NCBI GenBank assembly: GCA_016705125.1
Contig: JADIYW010000002.1
Span: forward strand, 73,081 to 137,080
Source of the DNA: Bacteroidota bacterium
GTDB lineage: Bacteria > Bacteroidota > Bacteroidia > Chitinophagales > JADIYW01
Direction: 5' to 3'
Length of the DNA stretch: 64,000 nucleotides
Below, one piece after another: positions 1 to 11,643 of the stretch; position 1 is the stretch's first letter; the number at the start of each line of letters is the position of its first letter. The notes beneath the pieces were generated by a model, which made no database searches, was not told the DNA's origin, and saw only the letters and a program-made list of their open reading frames with translations. A program made the translations under genes and the position numbers.

Positions 1-1
1 T

Positions 2-421
2 TTACCTGAAGGCGAAAGGGAGAATGCTTTTAATTATAACCTTGCCAATTATTATTTCAGAACTGGCAAATACGACAATTCGATGCGTTTATTGCATCAA
101 TTGGAATTCACAGATTTGTTTTACAAACTAGGTTCTAAACTTATCTTACTAAAAATTTATTTTGAATTAAATGAAGAAGAGGCTTTTGAAAATCATTGCA
201 CTTCTTTTAAAAATTTTCTACAAAGAGAGAAAAAACTAAATATTGAACAGCGAAAACCATATTTAAATCAAATTAAATTCAGCAATCTAATTTTTACAAA
301 TAAACACCATCGAAGAAATTTAAATTTAATAAAGGAAAAAATTAAATCGAGCTCAAAATTAGCAGATATTCATTGGCTTTTAGAGCAAATAGATTTAAAT
401 GAAAAAAATAAAAGAAATTAA
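2..421 (+). CDS. C-terminal part (5' truncated by window edge) of an all-helical TPR-like hypothetical protein, paralog of 10116..11534
   Basis: Frame is open from base 2 (LPEGERENAFNYNLANYYFRTGKYDNSM...) into the tracked ORF. It aligns by eye with the C-terminus of 10116..11534 (YN, LLLKI[YL], SFxxFxxRxK, terminal DxxW). Confidence 0.8.
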   Translation, partial: LPEGERENAFNYNLANYYFRTGKYDNSMRLLHQLEFTDLFYKLGSKLILLKIYFELNEEEAFENHCTSFKNFLQREKKLNIEQRKPYLNQIKFSNLIFTNKHHRRNLNLIKEKIKSSSKLADIHWLLEQIDLNEKNKRN

Positions 422-760
422 CTAACCTATTTTCGTCTTTGCCTCTTCTAACTTAGTATCTATCTGTCCAGTTAAAAAATGGAAATACATTAAAAAATCA
501 GACAATAAACTAAATCCTGGATATTGAAAAGTGGCAGGTTTGTTTTTTTCAAAAAAGAAATGACCAATCCAAGCAAAGAAATAACCACATAATGGCATTA
601 AAAAGAAATTCAATACACTAGGTTCTAATATAAATTTCACTAACAATACAATTAACCCAGTAGTACCAAGATAATGCAAAATCCTACAAGTTTTGTCGCT
701 ATGTTCTGTTAAATAGTATGGGTAAAAATCCTTGAATGTTTTATACTTTCGTTCAGACAT
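422..760 (-). CDS. DUF962 / Mpo1-like small membrane protein
   Basis: Motifs FYPYYLTEH...R.LHY.GT and GY.FAWIGHFFFEKNKPATF.YP; TATATTTG promoter on minus strand at 788..795. Confidence 0.85.
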   Translation of the reverse strand: MSERKYKTFKDFYPYYLTEHSDKTCRILHYLGTTGLIVLLVKFILEPSVLNFFLMPLCGYFFAWIGHFFFEKNKPATFQYPGFSLLSDFLMYFHFLTGQIDTKLEEAKTKIG

Positions 761-869
761 ATTCTATTTCTTTAATTGTTATTCAAACAAATATAATATT
801 TTTTTAGATTTTAAAATAGGTAACACTAATTTAAATTAATTAGACCATAAAAATAAAGACATTTGCAGA

Positions 870-1763
870 ATGATTGAAGATAGAAAATCATACTTGCTCA
901 TGCATTTTTGTGTTTTCCTTTGGGGATTCACCGCAATATTGGGGAAATTTATCACCTTAAATGAGGTTGTATTAGTTTGGTACAGAACGCTTTTAACTGC
1001 CATCATTTTTTTATTCGTTCCTATTTTTTGGAAAAACATAAAAAAAAGCTCAATTAAGCAATTGCTTACCTTTGGTGGAATTGGCGTACTTGTAGCCATA
1101 CATTGGTTTTTATTTTATGGCTCTATAAGGTATTCGAATGCAAGTATTGGCGTAGCATGTGTAGGCATTACAGCATTTTTGACAGCATTAATTGAACCAT
1201 TGCTAACAAAAAGTAAACTTAAAACAATCGACCTTTTTTTTGGAATTTTGGTCATACCTGGTATTTGGTTAATTTCAAATGCATCGCCCATTGGATATAG
1301 AAATGGTATTATTATGGGTGTTTTTTCGGCATTGATGGCAGCAATTTTTACAATACTAAACAAGCAAAAAACAACTAAAAGTGACCCGGTGGTAGTAAGT
1401 TGGGCACAGATGTTAGGCGGATTTTTATTTACTTGCCTCATAATGCCAATTTATATTTATTTTTTTCCAGGTTCCTTCAAAATACCTTCTCAAATCGACT
1501 TGATTTATCTAATCATTCTTTCAGTATTTTGCACTGCACTCCCATTCATATTGAGTATTTGGGCTTTCCGCCATCTTACAGCATTTACTTGGATTTTTAT
1601 AGTCAATCTGGAACCAGTTTATGGCATTATTTTGGCCATTATCATTTTAAAAGAAAATACTGAACTAGGTATTAACTTTTACATTGGTGCAAGTTTAATT
1701 TTTTTGAGTGTAATAGGAAAGTTTCTTTTTGAGAAATGGTATTTAAACAAAAATAAGATATAA
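870..1763 (+). CDS. EamA/DMT family transporter
   Basis: 297 aa, about 10 hydrophobic segments, typical LWGFTAILGK start and NLEPVYGI motif. Confidence 0.9.
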   Translation: MIEDRKSYLLMHFCVFLWGFTAILGKFITLNEVVLVWYRTLLTAIIFLFVPIFWKNIKKSSIKQLLTFGGIGVLVAIHWFLFYGSIRYSNASIGVACVGITAFLTALIEPLLTKSKLKTIDLFFGILVIPGIWLISNASPIGYRNGIIMGVFSALMAAIFTILNKQKTTKSDPVVVSWAQMLGGFLFTCLIMPIYIYFFPGSFKIPSQIDLIYLIILSVFCTALPFILSIWAFRHLTAFTWIFIVNLEPVYGIILAIIILKENTELGINFYIGASLIFLSVIGKFLFEKWYLNKNKI

Positions 1764-1765
1764 AA

Positions 1766-2992
1766 CTATCCTTTAAAATCCTCAAAAACGCCTTTTATTA
1801 TACTCAATGCATTTTTCATTTGCTCCTCATTAATCACTAAAGGCGGTGCAAATCGGATGATATTTCCGTGTGTAGGTTTTGCCAATAAACCCCTATTTGC
1901 CAATTCCATACAAAGATTCCAGGCCGTTTTACTATCTTCTGAATCATTTACAATAATGGCATTCAGTAAACCTTTCCCACGAACTAATTTTATTAAAGGT
2001 GACTCAATAGAATTAATTCCAGCTCTAAAAATATTACCCATTTTGAAAGCATTGTCACATAAATTTTCCTCTTTTACAACTTCAAGTGCTGCAATAGCTA
2101 CCTTACATGCCAATGGATTGCCACCAAAAGTGGAACCATGCTCACCTGGCTTTATCGTTAGCATGATTTCATCATTGGTGAGTACAGCAGACACAGGCAT
2201 TGTACCGCCAGACAATGCTTTACCTAAAACTAAAATATCAGGTTTAACATCCTCATAATCACAGGCCAACATTTTACCCGTTCGGGCAATACCCGTTTGC
2301 ACTTCATCTGCTATAAACAATACATTATACTTTTTGCATAAATCTGAAACGCCTTTCAAATAGCCATCATCTGGCACATTTACGCCTGCTTCTCCTTGTA
2401 TTGGCTCAAGCATTAATCCTGCCACATTGGGATTTTTAAGTACTGTTTCCAAAACATTTAAATCATTAAAATCTACTTTCACAAATCCCGGCAAAAAAGG
2501 CCCAAAACCATTATAAGAACTTGGATCAGTTGATGCAGAAACAGCAGCAAGGGTTCTACCCATAAAATTATCTTTTGCTACAACAATTATGGCCTCATTT
2601 TCTGGAATTCCTTTTATTTTATAGCCCCATTTCCGGCACAATTTTAAGGCAGTTTCACCAGCTTCTACACCAGTATTCATTGGTAAAACTTTATCATACC
2701 CAAAATAATTGGTAATATATTCCTCATATTTTCCCAAAATATCGTTATGAAATGCTCTCGAAGTCAAAGTTAAAATTTCAGCCTGCTCCTGCATTGCCTT
2801 TACAATTTCTGGATGGCAATGTCCTTGATTTAAAGCACTATAACCCGACAAAAAATCTAAATATTCTTTTCCTTCTACATCCCAAACCAATACCCCTTTT
2901 CCTTTCGACAAAACTACTGGCAAAGGATGATAATTATGTGCGCCGTATTTATCTTCTAATGCTATTGCTTCCTTTGAATTTATTGCTCTCAT
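1766..2992 (-). CDS. rocD: Ornithine--oxo-acid aminotransferase
   Basis: [36 protein letters not shown] (PLP Lys), [11 protein letters not shown]; alternative start at 3010. Confidence 0.95.
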   Translation of the reverse strand: MRAINSKEAIALEDKYGAHNYHPLPVVLSKGKGVLVWDVEGKEYLDFLSGYSALNQGHCHPEIVKAMQEQAEILTLTSRAFHNDILGKYEEYITNYFGYDKVLPMNTGVEAGETALKLCRKWGYKIKGIPENEAIIVVAKDNFMGRTLAAVSASTDPSSYNGFGPFLPGFVKVDFNDLNVLETVLKNPNVAGLMLEPIQGEAGVNVPDDGYLKGVSDLCKKYNVLFIADEVQTGIARTGKMLACDYEDVKPDILVLGKALSGGTMPVSAVLTNDEIMLTIKPGEHGSTFGGNPLACKVAIAALEVVKEENLCDNAFKMGNIFRAGINSIESPLIKLVRGKGLLNAIIVNDSEDSKTAWNLCMELANRGLLAKPTHGNIIRFAPPLVINEEQMKNALSIIKGVFEDFKG

Positions 2993-3018
2993 GGTATTAT
3001 TTTGGTGCAAAAATAGGC

Positions 3019-4110
3019 TTATTTTGGCTTAAAAATCAAATTTTCCAATATTTCTTTTTGAGAAACAATTTTCCATTTATATACCATGGGTACTAATTTA
3101 TCATAACTTTTTACACCTTCCTGTACGCCTTGAAATTTTAAAAATAGATTATTCACTCCATCTCCTAAAACAGAAAAGAATCCTTCATATTTCAACCTAT
3201 TTTCTCTTATGGCATCAAAATCCATTTTGAGTGCAAGCGGAATTAGTTTAGGCAAATTCTGTTTAAAATCCAAAGTATCTCTTTGCCTCAAGTCATTTAA
3301 TAAATATTTTAAATATTCCATTTCTGCACTGTATCTTATATATACTGAATTGGAAGATTTCATATAATGGTATGCCAAAAAATCACAATCACTCTCCAAA
3401 CAATGACCCATCGCATGAAACAATTCATGAGCAATTACTACCGGTTTCCGAATATCATGCATACCCACATCAAAATTCGACTCACCAGTAAATGGAAAAT
3501 ATTGACCCACAATACCACAGTTCATAAGTAGTCCATCTGGAAGAGAACGAATAGGAATATTTGAAATTAATTTATTGAACTTGGGCAATGATTCACTTAG
3601 ACTAAGTTTCACCATTTTTCCCACTTCTTTGTCTGTTGTTAAAACAGAAAAGGGCAATGAATCATCAATGATACTACGTCTCAATTCAATTGCTTTTTGT
3701 GCTATAATGGCTATTTCTTTTTTTATTTCCTGTATTTGAATTTCTTGGTCGAGTGGACTTAATAATTTAGATTCTAAGGTGGGTCGATTATAATTATATC
3801 CCCAAACGAGATAAAAGACAAAAAACAAAATGCCCAAAAAATTAGATATATTAAGAAAAATAGCTGTTTTGGTTTTTCCCTTTTTAAAAAAGCGATAAAT
3901 TAGAAACAATAAATAAGCGATACTTATTACTAAAAAAATATAGGAAATGGGAAAATGAAAGAAATGATTTAATTGATTATAAAAATGGCGAATCGACAAG
4001 AAAACATTTGTTGAATAAAATGATTCTACAAATGTAGGAGCCGAGAATTTAAGTAAGCAAAAAGTGATTGCAATAAGTAGCAATCCAAAACCTTTTTTAA
4101 AAAATACCAT
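3019..4110 (-). CDS. DUF3810 family membrane-anchored putative zinc metalloprotease
   Basis: N-terminal TM helices, WGYNY.R, YFPFTGE.N, HELFH (HExxH) followed by E; TACTTTTG promoter at 4130..4137. Confidence 0.8.
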   Translation of the reverse strand: MVFFKKGFGLLLIAITFCLLKFSAPTFVESFYSTNVFLSIRHFYNQLNHFFHFPISYIFLVISIAYLLFLIYRFFKKGKTKTAIFLNISNFLGILFFVFYLVWGYNYNRPTLESKLLSPLDQEIQIQEIKKEIAIIAQKAIELRRSIIDDSLPFSVLTTDKEVGKMVKLSLSESLPKFNKLISNIPIRSLPDGLLMNCGIVGQYFPFTGESNFDVGMHDIRKPVVIAHELFHAMGHCLESDCDFLAYHYMKSSNSVYIRYSAEMEYLKYLLNDLRQRDTLDFKQNLPKLIPLALKMDFDAIRENRLKYEGFFSVLGDGVNNLFLKFQGVQEGVKSYDKLVPMVYKWKIVSQKEILENLIFKPK

Positions 4111-4173
4111 AATTAAGATAATTAATTTTCAAAAGTAGTTAGAAGTTTTTATTTTTAACGCAAAAGATTTTAA

Positions 4174-5682
<1,509 letters not shown>

Positions 5683-5691
5683 CTTCAAAGT

Positions 5692-5712
5692 ATTGAGTAG
5701 TAAGTAGTAAGA
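5692..5712 (+). repeat. Short degenerate heptamer tract
   Basis: ATTGAGT AGTAAGT AGTAAGA just after the glpK stop; same unit family as 37054..37088. Confidence 0.45.
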
Positions 5713-5779
5713 TTTTCCGCATTTTTTTAGGCAATATAGGTAAAAAAAACCAGTCTATTGTTCTGTTTTTTTTAGTCTC

Positions 5780-7123
5780 CTAAAAGTTAATCTGAGCTTG
5801 TAACCTTAACAATTTTCCTTTTTGTTGGTTGTCTTGCAAAGCAAAATCTTCGAATCTTCGGTTTGAAAAGGTGTACATGGCGGTTAGCTCGAATTGCTTA
5901 ATGGGTTGCCATTCAACACCGATTTCAAATTCTTTTACCTCATAACTACGTGCGTCTAATTCATGTTTTTTTCCTCCATTAAAATATTGGGCTCTGAAGA
6001 AAGGCATAAGAATTTCCTTTTTGATAGGAATAAAATAGGAAAGTGTAATATATCCTCCATGCAATTTTTGAACCTCAATAGAATCGGTTAGTTTATTAAA
6101 TTCGGGACCACGACCATAATTATACTCTGCCTGAATTCCAAATGGTTTGGGATACATAACAAAAGAAGCTGCCATTCGTTGATCCAAATAATTCTTATCT
6201 ACTGTTGATTTGGTGCCCGTACTTATCGATTCTTTGGCGATGGTAAATTTACCTGAATAAGCCTGAATTCCAGGTTCAATAATTTGATTCTTTATTTTTA
6301 TTGGCAAACAGGCTCTTAAAACCACATGAGGTTCATCATTTAATTCGGGCCTATTGGCAGTTTGTCCGTTATATATTCCAAAGCCAACCAATCCGTAATC
6401 GCCCGAACCTTTTAAGCCATCTTGTATTACTTCTGAAAACAATTTTCTATATTTTTCGGGAGCCCAATAAAAGAAAACACCCAAATCTCGCTCATTTGAA
6501 ACCGCGCTATTCAATGCATCATTTCTATCTAATGGCAAGCGATTTTGACTCGATTGCATATTTTCAAAACCATAAGGAACTTTGCTTTGGCCCAACCTAA
6601 ATCGATATTGATTGTGTTTGCCAATTCCTAAATCAAAATATGCATCTCTTAATTGGGCAAAATTTTGGGAAGTAGAAGAAGCAGAACTTGCAAAATCGGG
6701 TTGGATATAAAAATAAACATGCTTGCCAATTTGACCCGAAAAAATCAATCTAATCCTTCGAAAAAAAAAGCCTCCATTATCGCCCCAACTTCTATCACAT
6801 TGCTCACATTTAAGCTGATCGTTGGTTTCCAATAATCGATTATACCTTAATTGGGCATAACCTCTTAAACTGATGGATTCGTACCATTTATTTTTAGATT
6901 TTAATTTAGTGGAATCATTAGAAAAGGACAATTCCTCTGCTTTCCGATTATTATACCAATAAATAAAGCCACTTTCCTTTTTTGGTTTTTCTATAATGCT
7001 ATCAATTTCAGGTTCAAATACATTTTGTACTTCAGTAGTTATTTCTGAATCAATTACTTCACTTTTTGAATTTTTTGGAAATAGTAAAACAGAAACTAAA
7101 AATAAATGCAGTAATTTTTTCAT
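5780..7123 (-). CDS. Phosphate-selective porin (OprO/OprP-like)
   Basis: Signal peptide MKKLLHLFLV, F..RRIRL, LRDAY.D, GQ.KVPYG.E..QSS...LPLDR, C-terminal QINF. Confidence 0.8.
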   Translation of the reverse strand: MKKLLHLFLVSVLLFPKNSKSEVIDSEITTEVQNVFEPEIDSIIEKPKKESGFIYWYNNRKAEELSFSNDSTKLKSKNKWYESISLRGYAQLRYNRLLETNDQLKCEQCDRSWGDNGGFFFRRIRLIFSGQIGKHVYFYIQPDFASSASSTSQNFAQLRDAYFDLGIGKHNQYRFRLGQSKVPYGFENMQSSQNRLPLDRNDALNSAVSNERDLGVFFYWAPEKYRKLFSEVIQDGLKGSGDYGLVGFGIYNGQTANRPELNDEPHVVLRACLPIKIKNQIIEPGIQAYSGKFTIAKESISTGTKSTVDKNYLDQRMAASFVMYPKPFGIQAEYNYGRGPEFNKLTDSIEVQKLHGGYITLSYFIPIKKEILMPFFRAQYFNGGKKHELDARSYEVKEFEIGVEWQPIKQFELTAMYTFSNRRFEDFALQDNQQKGKLLRLQAQINF

Positions 7124-7183
7124 GGTATATTTTTGCAAACCTTAATACTTAACAATGAATTCCTTATAACCTAACGAAGTTTA

Positions 7184-7789
7184 TTATTTATGCCTACTTT
7201 TTAGGACATTAATTATTGAGTCCAAATCCATGTTTTTTTGTTCCAATAAAATAAGAAAATGAAAAAGCAAATCCGCAGCTTCCCCTTTAAACAAATCATC
7301 ATTTTCATCCTTAGCTTCAATGACCAATTCCACTGCTTCCTCTCCCACTTTTTATGCTATTTTATTTATACCCAAATCGAAAAGTGAGCTTGTATAGGAT
7401 GATTTAGAAGGATTTTTTTTGCGTTCACTTATTATGTTTCCCAATACATTCAAAAAGCCAAATTGCTCATTATTTTCTTCTCCCCAACAATTACCAGTTC
7501 CATTGTGGCAGGTTGGACCTTCGGGACTTACTTTTACCAAAAAAGTATCCCTATCGCAATCTAACTTAATCGATTTTAGGTGCAAAAAATTACCTGACTC
7601 CTCGCCTTTGGTCCACAATCTATTTTTGGAACGACTATAAAAAGTAACTTTTTGAGCATCCAAAGTCTGTTTTAATGCTTCTTCATTAAAATAGCCAAGC
7701 ATCAGCACACTTCCTGTGATATGATCTTGGACAATCGCTGGCAAAAGCCCATTTTCCCCTTTTGAAAAATCTGGCACTAACTCATTCAT
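7184..7789 (-). pseudogene. hisIE: Bifunctional HisIE interrupted by an in-frame TAA at 7352..7354 (or a sequencing error)
   Basis: HisI motifs (LLPAIVQD, SRSKNRLWTKGEESG, DCDRD, GPTCH). After TAA the same frame continues KVGEEAVELVIEAKDENDDLFKGEAADLLFHFLILL...RHK to a stop at 7184; full length 201 aa. Confidence 0.9.
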
Positions 7790-8034
7790 ATAATTAAAGC
7801 GGCTGTTTTTAATTGATTTAATAATGCATCATAAGTCCCTTCATACTCCCAATAAATAAAACGACCATGCGAAGACGAAGTTAGAATATATTTTTCTGTA
7901 ATGGATTGAATTCTAGAAACAGCCATTATTTTTTTTGTAGGCACAGGCACTTTCACATCCTCTGACACTTCTTTTCCATCTTCATCATATCCATGTACTA
8001 TAATAAAATCTTTGGTTACTATTTCTATAAACAT
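7786..8034 (-). CDS. Hypothetical 82-aa protein between hisF and hisIE
   Basis: Starts 2 nt after the hisF stop, and its stop overlaps the hisIE ATG by 4 nt; no family recognised. Confidence 0.75.
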   Translation of the reverse strand: MFIEIVTKDFIIVHGYDEDGKEVSEDVKVPVPTKKIMAVSRIQSITEKYILTSSSHGRFIYWEYEGTYDALLNQLKTAALII

Positions 8035-8036
8035 AA

Positions 8037-8789
8037 CTACAAACGTACTAAAATATCATTGTTTTTCAAATAGGATTTCAAATCAGGGATTAATATTTCG
8101 CCAAAATGAAAAACACTAGCCGCTAAAGCAGCCTCTACATTGGTTTGATTAAAAACATCTCGAAAGTGTTCCATTTTACCCGCTCCGCCAGAGGCAATTA
8201 TTGGAATGGACAGTTTTTCAACCAAGCACTTCGTTATGTCATGGGCAAAACCTTGTTTGGTTCCATCGTGATTCATAGAGGTAAGCAGTATTTCGCCTGC
8301 TCCACGCTCTTGAACTTCAGTAGCCCATGGAATAGTAAAAAGGGGTGTTTCTTTTCTACCTCCATTTACAAATACCTTCCAATCAATATCAAATCTCGTA
8401 TCGATAGCAACAACAATACACTGCGAACCAAATTGGTTAGCTAACTCATCAATTAAATTAGGATTTTTAACCGCTGATGAGTTTATGGAGATTTTGTCTG
8501 CTCCTGCATTTAGCAGTCTTTCTACATCATAAATACTACTTATTCCACCACCAACGGTAAATGGAATATTTATATTTTGCGCTATTTTTTCTACTAATTT
8601 AGCAAAGGTCTTTCTCTCTTCAATGGTTGCTGTTATATCCAAAAAGACTAACTCGTCAGCTCCTTGCTCCACATACTTTATGGCAAGTTCAATTGGGTCG
8701 CCAGCATGAATTAAATCGACAAAATTAATGCCTTTTACAGTTTGACCATCTTTTATATCCAAACATGGGATAATTCGCTTTGCGAGCAT
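8037..8789 (-). CDS. hisF: Imidazole glycerol phosphate synthase cyclase subunit
   Basis: [44 protein letters not shown]. Confidence 0.97.
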   Translation of the reverse strand: MLAKRIIPCLDIKDGQTVKGINFVDLIHAGDPIELAIKYVEQGADELVFLDITATIEERKTFAKLVEKIAQNINIPFTVGGGISSIYDVERLLNAGADKISINSSAVKNPNLIDELANQFGSQCIVVAIDTRFDIDWKVFVNGGRKETPLFTIPWATEVQERGAGEILLTSMNHDGTKQGFAHDITKCLVEKLSIPIIASGGAGKMEHFRDVFNQTNVEAALAASVFHFGEILIPDLKSYLKNNDILVRL

Positions 8790-8909
8790 GATTAATTTTA
8801 GGTATTAATTGAATATTTAATTCGACACTAATTTAATTCGATGAAATTAAATCCTAATACTCTTGAAAACAAATTTTTATTTAAACATAACTAATTCTTA
8901 AAAATCATT

Positions 8910-8917
8910 TACATTTG
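8910..8917 (+). promoter_or_regulatory. Bacteroidota -7 promoter element TACATTTG, 6 nt before ATG 8924
   Basis: Exact match to the TAnnTTTG consensus. Confidence 0.6.
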
Positions 8918-8923
8918 AAAAGC

Positions 8924-9421
8924 ATGACAAAAGAACAACTAAACAAAAGAATAAGATATTTATTGATTTTTTTTATTTCTGCCTTGGCATTAAGCGGAAT
9001 TACTGCTTTTCCTTTGGTTTGGGAGTTGAGTATTTTGAATAAATATTTGGGTCAAGACACCTATGCATCAACCATTTTTCCAGCTTTATCCAATTTTATA
9101 GCATACGTTAACAGGGGTTTAATTGAAACGGATGAAAATTATCCCTTTTTATTTTATGGAACCGATTGGCTGGCTTTTGCGCATATAATAATTGCCATTG
9201 CGTTTATTGGTCCTTTTAAAGACCCGGTTAGAAATAAATGGGTCATTGATTTTGGGATAATCAATTGTTTGTTGATTTTTCCTTTGGCTTTAATAATGGG
9301 CAACATTAGAGGCATTCCATTTTTTTGGCAAGTATTGGATTGTTCTTTCGGAATTCTTGGTTTAATTCCATTATTATTAATTAAGAAATATATCAAACAA
9401 TTAGAAAAATATGACCATTAA
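8924..9421 (+). CDS. Conserved hypothetical integral membrane protein
   Basis: About 4 TM segments, FLFYGTDWLAFAH...GP..DPVRN.WV motif; ATG at 8924 preferred over TTG at 8915. Confidence 0.8.
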   Translation: MTKEQLNKRIRYLLIFFISALALSGITAFPLVWELSILNKYLGQDTYASTIFPALSNFIAYVNRGLIETDENYPFLFYGTDWLAFAHIIIAIAFIGPFKDPVRNKWVIDFGIINCLLIFPLALIMGNIRGIPFFWQVLDCSFGILGLIPLLLIKKYIKQLEKYDH

Positions 9422-9794
9422 TCTATTTCTACTATTTGCCTTTTTGGCAGCATTATTACATTGCCTTTTTTTTTATTTGGAAAGCATTGCTTGGATGAAA
9501 CCTAAAACCTATAAAACTTTTGGGGTAAAAGAGGAAAGTGAAGCGAAAATTTTAAAACTACTATACTTCAATCAGGGGTTTTATAATTTATTTTTGGCAT
9601 TTGGCGTTTTTGTTGGCATTTACTTAATGACAAAAGGATTTACAGCTTCGGGTATTCCTATCATTTTATTTGCTTGTTCGTGTATGTTTGGTGCTTCAAT
9701 AGTATTATTCTTTTCAAAACCAGGAATGTTAAGAGCTGTTTTAATACAAGGATTATGTCCTTTTTTATCCATATTATTTTACCTAATTTCTTAA
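9411..9794 (+). CDS. DUF1304 family membrane protein
   Basis: H..FFYLES..W and NQGFYN.FLA motifs, 4 TM segments; overlaps the upstream stop. Confidence 0.85.
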   Translation: MTINLFLLFAFLAALLHCLFFYLESIAWMKPKTYKTFGVKEESEAKILKLLYFNQGFYNLFLAFGVFVGIYLMTKGFTASGIPIILFACSCMFGASIVLFFSKPGMLRAVLIQGLCPFLSILFYLIS

Positions 9795-9799
9795 TCAAT

Positions 9800-9853
9800 A
9801 TGAAAAACGCCATTAATTGGTTTGAGATACCAATAACAGTTTTTTTTTGTTAA
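9800..9853 (+). pseudogene. 5' remnant of a VOC/glyoxalase-family gene
   Basis: ATG 5 nt after the DUF1304 stop encodes MKNAINWFEIP, the characteristic N-terminus of this family; the frame then stops in a poly-T run. Confidence 0.7.
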
Positions 9854-10115
9854 AAATATATTAGAAAAAAATTATGCTTAAAAATCATTTATAAAAAATG
9901 GATAGCAAATAGTTCGTTTTTTTTTGGTAAAAAAGTAGTTTAGGCTTTAAAAAATGAGGCTTCAAAACTATTATATCATGTAAAAAAATATTTAAAATAA
10001 AACCCATTATTGGATCTAGCAATTAAGCATTTCATTAAATAAAGCAAAAAAAAAATAGATAAATAACTTCAAAAAAGGAATAAAATATTTATTTATGTCC
10101 CAATTAAAAAATAGT

Positions 10116-11534
10116 TTACCTGCTTAACAATAATTCATCAAATCTAATTTGAAACCATTCTTTATCAAGCAAAATCGTCTTTTCTAAATACTCGACCACT
10201 TTAGGTGCTCTTGCGCGTTTTGGCATTTTGGATAATTTCGAAAGCACATTTAACTGCTTTATGATTTGATTAAAATATTCTTTATGATAGCCTATTTCCT
10301 TTTGGCGATGAATGAATACATTAAAACTATTTAAAAAAGTTTCTAAGGTGTCCATTTGATTAGTAACATAGAGTATTTTTAACAGTAAATATTTTGCATT
10401 TATATTCCACATAATATCTTTATATTCGATGGACATCAACAAAGGCATTGCTTTGTCAAATTGATTCCGAAGGAAATGTATTTTACACATATTATATGAT
10501 ACTGTAGCTTCTTCGAAAGTTGGAGACAGAAACTTTTTATACTCATTAATAAATTGCTCTACTTCGTTTGGATTTTTTATCTTCAAACCAAAAGTAACAA
10601 TATTTGTAAAACTAAACCTACTTAACTCATTCCCTTCTAAAAGGCAGCCATTGTCGATTGAAGTAATATATAATTCGTATGCATATTTGGCAAAATTTAA
10701 GTTACCTTCCTTATTGAATTTTTTGATACAAAAATTGATACATAAAAGGTAAATATCTTTTAATTCTTCTTGGGATAATTCTAACTCAGATTTCTTAATC
10801 AACAAAATTAAGTTTTCAAAATAGGCTTCAGCATTTTCACTTAATGTTATAAATAATAAATAATAAATCTGAAGAATATTTATCTCACTATACTTTCCAT
10901 TTTTTAATAAGTCCAAAATAGGTTGTAGTAAAGGAATATCAAATTGAAGATCTTTTAAGTCTTTATAGGGGATTGCATTGCATGCATTTCTAAGTATTTC
11001 AACAATTGTATAAACATGTAATTGCTCAAAAAGTAAACTAAAATTATCCTCACTATTTCGAGTATCATAATTTACTACTCTATTTTTCTCTAATTCTAAT
11101 TCATATTTAGTTCGATAATAATCGATATCTCTTTTGTTGGTAACACTTAAATCCTTATTTAAAGTTCTAACACATTCATTAAAATATTTATTCATCTTAT
11201 TTCTTGAATAATATTTAATTAATGTAAGCTTAGATGCAAATGGCTGATTAGAAAAATAATGCCAAATAAAAAACTCTTCAATTATTTCAGAAGTAAAAGA
11301 CATAAGGTGTCGTAATTTTGCATCATCATAGGGTTGACCTTCAAACAAATGCTCAAAAACTTTTTGTTTTTTAACTACATTTTCTTTTATCTCCTTCCTT
11401 GAATCAATAAAATCGAATAAATTTACAATATCCTCATTTTTATTGACAAATTCAGACCTAATCCATTTTCTAATTTGTATTCTTTCATCTTTTTTTAGGG
11501 ACTTAAAAAGTGTCATTAGTTTACTATCAAACAT
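10116..11534 (-). CDS. All-helical (TPR-like) cytoplasmic hypothetical protein, 472 aa
   Basis: No signal peptide or TM segment; helical amphipathic pattern; related to 2..421 and 28045..29592; TACATTTG promoter at 11557..11564. Confidence 0.85.
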   Translation of the reverse strand: MFDSKLMTLFKSLKKDERIQIRKWIRSEFVNKNEDIVNLFDFIDSRKEIKENVVKKQKVFEHLFEGQPYDDAKLRHLMSFTSEIIEEFFIWHYFSNQPFASKLTLIKYYSRNKMNKYFNECVRTLNKDLSVTNKRDIDYYRTKYELELEKNRVVNYDTRNSEDNFSLLFEQLHVYTIVEILRNACNAIPYKDLKDLQFDIPLLQPILDLLKNGKYSEINILQIYYLLFITLSENAEAYFENLILLIKKSELELSQEELKDIYLLCINFCIKKFNKEGNLNFAKYAYELYITSIDNGCLLEGNELSRFSFTNIVTFGLKIKNPNEVEQFINEYKKFLSPTFEEATVSYNMCKIHFLRNQFDKAMPLLMSIEYKDIMWNINAKYLLLKILYVTNQMDTLETFLNSFNVFIHRQKEIGYHKEYFNQIIKQLNVLSKLSKMPKRARAPKVVEYLEKTILLDKEWFQIRFDELLLSR

Positions 11535-11643
11535 AAATATTTCCCATTTTTATTGACAAATGTAATAATATGTAATGGAAAAAATACAAACAATTGTTTA
11601 TATTTACTTAATAATATAAATACATTATCTTAAAGAATTGATT

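Noticed and set aside
7352-7354. Alternative genetic code (TAA = Gln) to explain the hisIE stop
   Set aside because: TAA is the normal terminator of many intact genes in the window, and no other gene has an internal TAA at a conserved position.
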